Of a DNA stretch of 64,000 nt, positions 32,301 to 43,300 are shown piece after piece. The stretch spans positions 17,596,754 to 17,660,753 of the forward strand of contig OZ316896.1 of NCBI GenBank assembly GCA_973895155.1, given 5' to 3'. Below the pieces are notes generated by a model. It was not told where the DNA came from. It saw only the letters and a list, made by a program, of their open reading frames with translations, and made no database searches. Every line of letters starts with the position of its first letter. Position 1 is the stretch's first letter. Source of the stretch: Marsupella aquatica (taxonomy: Eukaryota; Plantae; Marchantiophyta). The position numbers were made by a program, and so were the translations under genes.

Positions 32301-35271
32301 CCAGGCAGCATCTAATGCGGCTATGGTCATGGCAGGCGCTCTGGGAGCTACACAACAAGTTCCTAGTGTAATGATGCAAGGACAAGGACCGATTCAAGGG
32401 CAAGGGCCGATGCAAGGGCAAGGGCCGATGCAAGGGCAAGGGCCGATGCAAGGCCTGAATGTTCCACAAGTCCCGATGGCTGGGAATGGCGGCTTGGCCG
32501 CAGGCACAGATGCATTAACCAACCATTTAGCTGGCATGTCGAAGCAGCAACTCTATGCAATCATGTCTGAAATGAAGGTAAGTGTTTTTTTTATGCACTC
32601 CGGCCAAGTTTTTTTGTTCCTTTCTTGGTAAACCTTCGAAGTCGTGCACATGGGACTTGAGAAGGCTTCTCAGTTCGTAAACTACCAGGAAACTGTCGTA
32701 TTGTGCTCAATAGCTTGCAATTTGGTCACGTGAAGTGTACAATAATGGACATCCTGGAGTCGGAAGTGTTGGTTGATAGTTGTGTCTGTTTGTAGCCTAG
32801 TGCTGAGTCATGGTAGTATGAATTACTGTTCAGGTCTTGATACAGCAAGATCAAATGCAAGCTCGCCAGATTCTAGTGGCGAATCCACAGCTTACGAAAG
32901 CTCTCTTTCAGGTTCGTCACAGACTTGCCTGTGTTAACTGCCGTGACCGACAGGGTCTGTTGACCCACATTTATGTTTAAAAGGACAAGTCAGTGTCTTT
33001 GGATAGAAATTGCGATTTGCGTACGTCGCTCCCAACGATGTACATTTATTGTGATATTCGAATTCGATGGTTCTTGAGAAGCGCAACCTTCGTTCCGGTA
33101 TCCCTTATGTTTTTTAAGATTCAATAGCAGTTGTAGGTTTGTTTGAGATGTGATGGTTTGCACATTTGTTTGCAGGCCCAAATCATGCTAGGAATGGTGC
33201 GCCCTCAGCAAGGGGTAAGATCTGGACATCCACATTCTCTTCAATGTGGCCCTGCAAAACACTGCTTTTTATAACAATCCTTTTGTTCGACTTTAAGCAA
33301 CTCATTTGTCAGATATCTTGCATACTTCTTTCTTTGGTGATTGATTAATATTGCGTGCATCTGGACGAGTGTCCTGATGAACTAAAACAGGGCTGGAGCC
33401 TGTCCAAAAGTGAGCAGTTTTGTGTTTTTATTGTAGGTAGCTAGTCAACCACCACAAACGCAACTGCTTTTACCTCCTCAGCAACAGCAGCAATTACCCC
33501 CTCCTAGACCTCCACAACCACATCCCCCTCCAATGGCTCTAATGCAACCTCAGCCTACCACTAAAACGAATTTTCAACCACCGATGTTACCCTCGCAACA
33601 GCAGCAGCAACAACAACAACAACAACAACAGACACAAGCACCACCCCCACAGCAACAGCCACAGCAACAGCAGTTGCCACCACCTCCCCCACAGGGCTCA
33701 TTCCAGGTGCTTGCTTTAAATTTTCATCTTTTCTCCAGCGGATATGTTGAAGCGTAGGGTGATGTTGGTGGAGGAGTTTTGGCAGGCGACCTGTCGGGGA
33801 TCGATTGGCAGAGCTGAAGTTCTGACACAAAAGTTGTGAAAGTGTGATTGTGGATTTGGTTGTGAGGGAGGGGGGTGTTGAGTGTGTTCGTGAAAAAGGG
33901 TCGGCGAATTTGTTTGTTTCTAGTGTGAAATCATCTTCTGGAATCTCTTGGTGTGCATACTAATGTGAGATGGATGTTGCTTAACAGGGAGGAATGGTTC
34001 AAACGAGCATGGGAATGGGATTCCAACAGGGCCCGCCTCCTCCACCTCCAAACCAGTTACCACCTCAGCAAATTTACCAGGTATGAGACGTTTGCCAATA
34101 TTCTCAACGACTAGCGTTTGTTTGGATGGGCCCTAAGAAATTGTAGCTGTCCGTTGCACTACATTGCATGTTCTTTTGTAGAATGTCGTCCGAAGTAGAT
34201 TTTGTTACAGTGCAGGACTTAACTGGAAGAAAATCCGGTCGGGACATTTGCAGATGGGATCTAACATGATGGGGGCAAACCTACCAAGAATGGGTGCCAA
34301 TAATAGTGGTGCGACAGGTGGCCAAGGTAACGGTGGAATTTTGGCCGGTGGAGGTACTATGGGCGCAGCTGGAACTGGACAGATGAACCGAGGTCCTCCT
34401 TTGGGTGGAGGACAGGGTGGCATGGACAACCGTGGTATGCAGCTCAACCATGGTCTGCCTCCTTCCACTGGAGCAATGACTGGGATAAGTGGAGGACTCC
34501 CTGGCCAAGTGCCCCTCCAAGTTCCTGGGTCGATGTCCTCTGGTCATTCTTTAGTAAGTGGAAATGGAGGAGGAATGGGTCAATCTTTGCCAGGCAATTT
34601 GACTGGGGGACAGCTAATGGGAGATCCAAATAATAGCATAGGGTACGCAGGACTTAATACAGGGATGAATGCACAAATGAACACTGGCATGAATCAAGGT
34701 AATACAGGTTTGAATGCGGGGATGAATCCAGGAATGAATACAAGTTTGAACTCTGGGTTGAATCCTGCTATGAATTCAGGTATGCCTCAAGGGCTAATCC
34801 AAGGATTTAATTCAGCTGGGATGAATCCTGCCATAAATACAGGGCTACAGTCCAATATGAATGCTGGCATGAATCCAGGTATGAATCCAGGTATGAATCC
34901 AGGTATGACCATGGGACTAAATGCTCCACAAGCTGGAGGATTTGCTGGAACAACGGATGGTACTTCTGTGACGTCAGCTGCTCTTCAACCTCAGGCTTTT
35001 AACCAATTGCAAGCTGCTCCTACACCTCAACAACCACAGGTTTGTCCATATCAGCGCTCCAACTCAAGAGAACCACCTCGTTACTTTTGTAAGTGACATT
35101 CTTGGCGACATTTGGCTAACGACGAATATTTCACTGTTGCAGGTCCCACTTGAGTTGGAGCAACAGAAGGCACTCTTGCAGCAGGTTATGAACCTGACAA
35201 CGGACCAGATCATGTCTCTGCCTCCAGATCAACGGCAGCAAGTGCTTCAGCTGCAGCAAGCGTTACGATAG
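29357..35271 (+). CDS. CSTF64: Cleavage stimulation factor 64 kDa subunit; exons about 29357-29396, 30010-30088, 31347-31530, 31979-32024, 32217-32577, 32834-32911, 33176-33213, 33438-33706, 33988-34080, 34254-35039, 35143-35271
   Basis: RRM: [49 protein letters not shown]...[22 protein letters not shown]. Hinge: [17 protein letters not shown]...[26 protein letters not shown]-terminal CSTF_C: [37 protein letters not shown]. Confidence 0.95.
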
Positions 35272-36846
35272 GATCAAAGAAAAGGATCACCCTGGGATGT
35301 TAAGATCCAAAGTAGCATACTTTTAGAGTTCTCTCACAATTTTGTTGTACTGGCAAGAGGTTTTACGAGTAGTTGGTGAAGGCGTTTCTGATTAGTATAG
35401 CAAGCCTGAGCTCCTGGCAGGCCAATTTTTATCGTTACTAGAAGTCTGATCTCACCGTCGGCTTTGGAGATCTTGGATTCCTTGGCTATGGACGCAACGC
35501 GGGCCTGTTGCGATGGTTGACTATGATGAATGTGTTGTGCAAGCTCATTTTGCCCGTTGCAGTCTCGCTTGAAACCATCACAACTTCATACAGGAATGAT
35601 GCGTGGAGGATATGTCCTGGTATGGTTAGAACCATAAATTCTCATCGGTGAGTCCAATAAAAAACTAAAACATGGGTCAAATGGGTCAAAGCGAATGCTG
35701 CGTCGGGCTTACAGAGAACTTCTGGTTTAATATTCCATTTTGGTATTAACGCCTGGTACAGAAGTTAGTACCTTAGCGCTACCTCTGGCCTGGGGCGATG
35801 AACTCATTACTTGTGAGCATACAAGTGTTCGCGAGTTTGATGTCATCGTTCCCATAGACTGGCGGATGGATTATCACCCCTTTTCAACATGATGAGGCTT
35901 ATGCTTTTTACAGAGCTTCGATCATGTCTTTGCTTATGCGCCCCCCTTGTCCCGATGATGTATGGCGTGGGATTGCTATGAAATATAACTTAGTATTTTG
36001 CTTCAATATGGATGAAGTTCTATAAAACTCACTGAAATTCTGTATCCCAATGGTAGTGACTAACACTCCGCATCCAAGTTCAAGTTGTTGAAGAAATGTG
36101 TTCAAGAGTTCTAGAGGCTGGGCGGAGTGATTTCTGTCGTGCCTTTCGCAGCAACAACAAAAAAGATGGTAGAGTTGTTTCCAGCAGTCTACAACTCTGT
36201 TATCGCGTGATTCATTTGAAGTATACCAGGTTAAACCAAAGCTCTTCATCCCTATCGTGATATCCACGACAGAGGGAGAACTTCCGTTTCTCTTCTTTCT
36301 CAATTTCATCTTTACACATACATTTGTTGATTAGTCCCCTTTACAATGTCGACGTTTTGAAGGCCTTTCGACAGTGTGCAACAAACAGCCTCACTGGGTG
36401 AAACACAGTTCACTGATTGAGCCAGGGCACGTGTCAAAACTCAAATCCACAGGACTCCGCACAATTTTGCAACTGTGATGATAGACTCACCCAGGACTAC
36501 ACCTTAAGAGGCTTGGTTTCACTACTTAACCTACTACGAAGGGGAATTGAGAAAGTTACAGGGGATTGAGCCTAACCTCACCACTAAGAAAGGAAGTCTT
36601 TCACCAAAGGTCATTCATAAACCTAAGTATGAAAGACAGCTAACAACTACTCGCTTTCAGAAATTAACTAGCCTTGGATTTGATTCCTTCTACACAATTG
36701 TTCTAAGTTGTAGTTGTTCTAAGTTGTAGTGCCATGGTTTTGGCAACATCAACACCAACACCATTGGAAACCCTGACAAGTGAAAGTTTCAACGAGGGAT
36801 CAAAGACAAACCTCAACATCAAAGATGCCATCGACTCACCGCTTCT

Positions 36847-38205
36847 TCAATAGGTCTCTACAAGTCTTGGGTTTGATTTCTTCGTCCAAAATTCTTCCAA
36901 ATTGTAGTAACTTCTTGCTTCCTCTAGAAACAAGTGCACTACAATGTTGCCACAATCAATAGCCATCCACCGTTCTCCATCCCTTCCCTCCACTACAGGG
37001 AAGCTGTTCGGACCCACATTTGCAGAGCATTGCTTGACTTTATAGACGATTGCATCAGCCATGCCACGTAAATGTCTCGAAGACCGACCAGATGCAAAAA
37101 CCAGTTGATCAACCCACTCACAGCATTTCCGCACCTGCAAAATCCTCACATCCTTGGCCCTAGTTTTCTCTAAAATCTCCTGGATCTCATCCACAGACAA
37201 CGTGTGCAAGTATGGAAGCCCATCTTGATGCTGATCTCCATCAGGCTCAGATTCTCTGAACCCCATTTCCCTAGCATCCTCAGCAGTTGTCGGGGCTACG
37301 TTTACGAAGTCAGGACAAAGCTCTGAATAGGCAACCTCCTCCCTTTCTGCTGCAACCTCCTGTGGCATATGCTCCAATCTCGAAGCTGCCCGTTGCTTAT
37401 CTTCTCCATCCTCTTCACGTCGGTCGCGTTCCGCCTCAAATTGGCCATCTTCATCCACATCTACATCCTCAGACTGACGATCTACTTCTTCAACGTCCAC
37501 TAGCTCCAGCTCTGAAATGTCAGACTCATTGTCTCCGTCAGTGCTGGTTGACACAGCAGAATACAGTTGCGTAGTTACCTCCTCTTCGCCTTGCAAAAAT
37601 GTGGTTGATCGTCTGTTGTCGCCGGTGGGTGGTGCTGGAGTGCAATCATGCTTGCTGTAGAGCCCTTCCAGTTCAACAATAACAACAGCTTCCTCCTCCT
37701 CCTCCTGTTTCAGCAGGCTTGGACTTACCAACTCGGAGATTTCCTGCTGTTGCTGCTCTTGGTAGCCATGTAGAACACGCTCAGTGGAGTAAGCCACTCT
37801 CTGCTCTTGGTAGCCATGTAGAACACGCTCAGTGGAGTAAGCCACAGAGAGGGTCTGCAGAGCCCAACCATGTGGTGCTGACGGTGATCGCGTTTGACCC
37901 AATAACCACACCTGCTTCGGCTGCTTCACACCAAGGATTAGGTCATTCTGCACATCTCTAATAGGGCTTGAGATCCCACAAAGCCTCCCAAACCTCTCCT
38001 CCTCTCGTGAAAGAGCGGATGACGACCTTCTTGATGTCCAAAACGATGACGGTGGTGATGGATTCAGGCAAGAAGCAGATGAAGAAGAAGGAGAAGAGGA
38101 GGAGAAACCAGTTCCTGCTGCTGCTGCGCAGGAGGGGCAAGATTCTGACGACAATGAAGAAGAGCGGCTCTGGAGAAAACGTGCAGGCAGCCTAACACGA
38201 GGCAT
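36847..38205 (-). CDS. Iojap-related / RsfS (ribosome silencing factor, MALSU1-like) protein, probably mitochondrial; single exon
   Basis: C-terminal RsfS domain: LSVDEIQEILEKTRAKDVRIL...LVFASGRSSRHLRGMADAIVY...VEGRDGERWMAIDCGNIVVHLFLEEARSYYNLEEFW. The likely start is MPRVRLPARFLQSRSS (38205), an Arg/Ser-rich targeting-like peptide. The ORF is open up to 38487. Confidence 0.9.
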   Translation of the reverse strand: MPRVRLPARFLQSRSSSLSSESCPSCAAAAGTGFSSSSPSSSSASCLNPSPPSSFWTSRRSSSALSREEERFGRLCGISSPIRDVQNDLILGVKQPKQVWLLGQTRSPSAPHGWALQTLSVAYSTERVLHGYQEQRVAYSTERVLHGYQEQQQQEISELVSPSLLKQEEEEEAVVIVELEGLYSKHDCTPAPPTGDNRRSTTFLQGEEEVTTQLYSAVSTSTDGDNESDISELELVDVEEVDRQSEDVDVDEDGQFEAERDRREEDGEDKQRAASRLEHMPQEVAAEREEVAYSELCPDFVNVAPTTAEDAREMGFRESEPDGDQHQDGLPYLHTLSVDEIQEILEKTRAKDVRILQVRKCCEWVDQLVFASGRSSRHLRGMADAIVYKVKQCSANVGPNSFPVVEGRDGERWMAIDCGNIVVHLFLEEARSYYNLEEFWTKKSNPRLVETY

Positions 38206-38709
38206 CCCTCTCCACTCCTCCCTCTTTTTTACAACGAATTTGATCGCCCAGCGATTATCTCCTACTGCTCCTCCACAATCTCGATGACCTCTCCCATTCT
38301 CCGATTCTCCGATTCTTCGAGTGTTGACGTTTTTCGTCGGCGTCGACAAAAGGGACCTGTGTTGTGGTAAGGGCAGGGTTCCGTGCATCTTTGGATGTGA
38401 GGGTGCCCCCAAACCTAGCCTCTTTCCCCATTTTTCCTCCATAGTATAGAGTGAATTCAATTTTGTATGTTTGGTGTGCTGCACCACTTTTGAGGCCTAG
38501 AATAATCCCAGCCTATTGCAAGTGTGGTTTAGAGCATCTGCACCAGTTTTGAGGGATGGCCCTGGAAATCTAGAATAATTCCAGCCTATTGCAAGCCTCC
38601 ATCATCAGGTAAGGCTGTCAAACAAACTGAACCCATGCAAATGTAGCCTGCATTTGTGCCTAGAGGGAGTACAATTGAAAAGCTAGTAAGGGAAACATGC
38701 CTTGCATCA

Positions 38710-38930
38710 AGATATCAATCATCTGGCCCAGTAGTTGCTGTTCATATGCTTTGGCAGGCAAGAAAATGTGTCATTCAGGGCCCTAGTATTGCCTGATGAG
38801 TTTTTATTGCATTGCCACTATAGATGTCAACCATCTGGCCCAGTCGTTGCTGTTCATATGCTTTGGCAGGCAAGAACATTTGTCATTCAGGGCCCTAGTA
38901 TTGCCTGAGTTTTTAATTGCATTGCCACTA
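38710..38930. repeat. Tandem duplication, about 2 x 112 bp
   Basis: CATCTGGCCCAGT...GCTTTGGCAGGCAAGAA...GTCATTCAGGGCCCTAGTATTGCCTGA...ATTGCATTGCCACTA occurs twice. Confidence 0.9.
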
Positions 38931-39542
38931 AAGAAATGTGTCACAATTTTCCTATATGGTTCTCCCCAGGTTAAATTGGTAAACTTGTAGTCCATATATA
39001 AAACAGTGGCATTTGTAAATGAAGAAGAAAGTGTGACAATATTGTCAATTAGACCATCATGTGGCAAAGTACATTAAAGTTCATTGCCTGATATTGGCAG
39101 TCAGGAAAACTGCTTGCTGTTGCATCTGCAAAAAGTTTCTGCAATTCGCATGCCCTTGTCAACTTTTGCCCTGACTGGCACAACTGCCGGGGCATGGGTT
39201 GATGTGCCGGTGCTAATATTTCACGCAACAGAGTAATAGATTAAAGAACAGGGTGAAATGAAATGTGATCATTGACTCCTCTTAAGCTCTAAATTTGAAT
39301 AAAGGGTGATTTCTGGCAGTCAGACAGATGATTCATGAAACCCCAATTGAAGTCTTAAGGGGCAGTGCTCTGAACTCAAGGTTCTATAATTCTTGAAGTT
39401 GTCTTATTGTGGTTGTCTCATTCTACTCCGGCATAATTGCTGTGACAAGGAGCTAAGCACATCCCAAAGTTCTTATCACAATTTCAGACCTTATTCAAAT
39501 CATGAGTACTTAAATAGTTCAGAGTTGCTGAAATTTGTTAAG

Positions 39543-39653
39543 AGACTTAAGTTAGGTAACTAAGAGTTAAATTGCTAAATTATAAGAATACCTTGAAAGT
39601 TTAATTAACTCATTACAGATTAAGAGGAGCTCTTAGTTACCTATCTTAAGTCT
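39543..39653. mobile_element. Small MITE-like element with 24-bp terminal inverted repeats
   Basis: AGACTTAAGTTAGGTAACTAAGAG vs CTCTTAGTTACCTATCTTAAGTCT (23/24 complementary), with an AT-rich interior. Confidence 0.6.
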
Positions 39654-40316
39654 TAGGTTATTCTGTGCTTTTCTTTGCATATGCTCTACTTAAGCTTTTG
39701 TATATTCACTCACGTTTAACACATACTATTTTCTTGGGAGATTGTATTTCTACTCTCATCTTTTATCCTAAATAAAATAGATCACTACACGACAAAACTT
39801 GAAACATTGTTCCAGGGGATGAACATGCTGTGCATCACTCATGGGGTCTAACAAGAAACAATTTTTATTTTGGGGTCCATCCATTCAACGCGATTAATGA
39901 CATACATTACTGAATCTGTGACGTCCAAAATAAAGCTGAGCGCCTCTCCTTAATTACAACGAAGTCTCATGGTGATGTTACATTTTAAGTACAAGCTGGA
40001 AACCGTCCAACATTCTCAGCTGCGAATATCCCAAAATAAAGTGTATCTGAACGATCAACAGGATCCGGATTTCTTCTACTGTACATAGAAATGCATCGAT
40101 CGATTTATCGACAAACGCATTGATTTCATCCCAGCTCGGAAAACAAAAAAAGCTGCCAAAATGGATTCATTTGATGGTGTGGTATGGTCGAAGTCGAGAG
40201 GCACTGCGATCTGTATTCACGTTTGTTGCACAATTTCACACAATTCACATCTGAGAATAATGGCGGAGCTGCACTGCAGAGGAGATGAGGCGCGCAGATG
40301 CTGCTTGGCTGCTGTT

Positions 40317-43300
40317 CTAAGCTGTCGTTCGAAGAACCTTTCCGTCCGGAGCAAGAGGGGGCGATGGCTCCATCTTCTTCTTCTTCTCTTCTTGCTCATG
40401 AACGTCGACATCATCGCTGGACAGCGGAACGGTCTTCACCTGAATTGACATCATCGAGCGGAGCAATCGGACGACAAGGTTAGTAGAATCAAAACGGCAT
40501 TAAGCAAATCAATTCGATTGTCAAGGAATTAGTCTTCACCTGAATTGACATCATCGAGCGGAGCAATCGGATGACAAGGTTAGTAGAATCAAAACGGCAT
40601 AAGCAAACCAATTCGAGTGTACTCACAACGAGTGTACTCACAACAACGCATTCCCAAGGCGAGGTTTAAGCGAAGTGAGGAAGATATGAACCGCACTAGC
40701 CTTTCTAAGTTGTTGAAAAGTACCTATGCTTTTCAACAGCTTTATAATGAAGGGGATCGGAGGTCTAATATCCTAAATTGGATGCTGCCATAAGAGGCTT
40801 GACCTAAAGATCCACCTTGTCATCCAAGCATTCAAGACAAGGGCTAGAATTCTGATTATTCTTCAAAGAAATTGCAAAAGGAAAGGAGCGGAAGCAGGAG
40901 AAAGTAAAAGTATTGCAGTTCGCTTGATCGAGAGGTCTTTGAAGACGTACAAGTTCTCTGTACTTGAGAATGTAAAACATCTCGAGGTAGCGGCGCGTTT
41001 CTTGTCGCCCGAGCTTGGAGACGTACTTCCAGAAGCTATAGACGCCAGCAAGGGTCATCAACCTCTCTGCGTACTTCTTCCACGTGAATCTGTAGAGAAG
41101 AGCGCGAGACAGGGCAATTCAAACAGAAGTATGTTAGGTCTCTTACTAGTGAGCTCCTCGAAGGAAGATGAAATCTAGTTTTGAATCGTCAGCTTAACAA
41201 CAATACTTTAATCTAGCGAAAATGCTTTAGTCCTCGCAGCGATGACACGAATTCACCGACATGATACTGGTTTAGCGGCGAGACCTATATTTTTGCGGTT
41301 ACGAAACTTTTAATTCTAGCGACGGGACTACCTGTTGGATCACACTTCCATTGCTCTATAACCAGGATTCACATTCAGCGTCGACGAGGCTTTGGATTGT
41401 AGCTGGGGACGAGATTTCGATCCGACATATGGTAATTGGTACCACCTAGAGTTCTGCACTCTCGGTTCTTTCATGGTCTAAGATGGGCTACATTGTTAAG
41501 TTGAGCTGATAGATTGATGGATGATGGAGGGATATCGAGCGTGGAACTTGCATTATGGCGTTGCGTTACTTACCGACTGTATATGCGCTCGAGTCCGGCA
41601 TCTGAAAGGGTCTTCCAGTAGTTCTCTTCGCTCTGGCACCGCTCGAAGAAGTCGACCATCTTCTTGGTCGCCTCGTCGCTGTGGTAAGGATCGATGTGGA
41701 ATCCTGATATCCCGTCTTCGATGATCTCTGCCGGTCCTCCATGGCAGGTCGCAAACGTTGGCAACCCGCACACCATTGCCTCTACCACAGTCAAACCGAA
41801 GGCCTCGTACAGCGCTGGCTGGAACACCATACCAGTTCGATCAACCAAACAAGTCAAAAGAAAGAATATGTGAGCATGGGCTCGAGCAATTCATTCCTTC
41901 AATTTGAGCTTTCACCTGAAGCCTATTTCCATATGACAATGTCGTATGCAATTAATGACATGCAAGGTGAAGGGAGTATCTCGGGGAGCATTGACCGACC
42001 TGCGCAAAGATTCCTCCACCATCAGCGATGTACCGGTACAATTCTCCTGTGCGCACTCTATTTTTCTGAGCCTGGATCCAACGAAATTGGTGGTGCAGGT
42101 CGTACTTCTTAATAAGGTCATGCATGAAATGAATTTCGTTCACCTCCTCCCTGTCTTTGGATTTTGATGCGTCGATGTCTCCGGCGACCAACACAAGATT
42201 TGACAACTCTCTCAGTCTCTTGTTCTTCCCGTACCACTCTAGCAGTCCAGACATGTTCTTCACTTTGTCCAGTCGCGCCATGGAGAAGATGATAGGCTTC
42301 TTCCGATCTGCCAACAGGCCGCTGTCACCACCCGAATCAAACATGAGAACCTACAGTTGAGATACTATCAACCTGATGACAGAGTAGAACAATTGAGATC
42401 TTTTAGTATCACAGCAAACGCAACGAAATGGGAGAATCGATCTGGAAGAAATCATCTTACATATGCTCTTCCGTCTGAGCTTCGCCATAGAGAAGCTCCT
42501 CGATTTCACCGTGTAGAGATGTCAAACGTTTCTCCTTCTCAATGTGAGGGAAGTAGATGGTCATATCAGCCCCAGGAGAGACGATGTTGAACTTGGGATC
42601 GAAGACATCAATGCCATGCACCACTCTGTAGAGTCCTGGAAGCGTGAAAGCCGAATGACTCTCGTATTGACCCACAGTATCCTTGCTGCACACCCAAATG
42701 CCCACACAGAAGTAAGATTTCAGTATCCATTCTCGTAGTTCCCACATCACTTTTAGAAAGGAACTCTGCATTGAACATCTCCCCCCACTCCCCAAAATCT
42801 GGTGGAAGTTCTCGGAACAGTCTCGGTACTGTTTTCAGTATCCGTTCTCGAGAATTTGACAACATGAAATCTCTGTTCACAATCTCTCCCCATACAGTTA
42901 GGATACTCTCGAACAGTCAGAAATGATTTCAACAGTGAATTGGGATCCACACAAACACTGTACAGACAGTCCTAAACTTTCATTTCCCCCGTCCAATGCC
43001 ACAAGCATCCTCTGAAAAACGGATTGTACAATTTGCTGATGTGGGCTCAGAACAAGTTTACAGGAGTTGACATCGAATTTCACAAATCCAGTGATTGAAT
43101 CACGTTTTCGTTGGTTGAGAACTAGGAGGTCCTGGGAATTCATGGACAGACATCAACAAGAGCCAAATTGACACGATTGAGAAATTGTCCAAACCACGAA
43201 CCTGCCGATGATCTCCTGATAAGTACTAGTAACTATGAAGTCTGCATGATTCATTGCTATGAGATCCGCAGTGAACTGACACGAAAAGTGATATTTTTCT

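Noticed and set aside
38206-38487. N-terminal 94 aa of the 546-aa ORF as part of the Iojap protein
   Set aside because: Starts at a non-ATG codon and looks like promoter/5'-UTR sequence. The ATG at 38205 begins a plausible targeting peptide.
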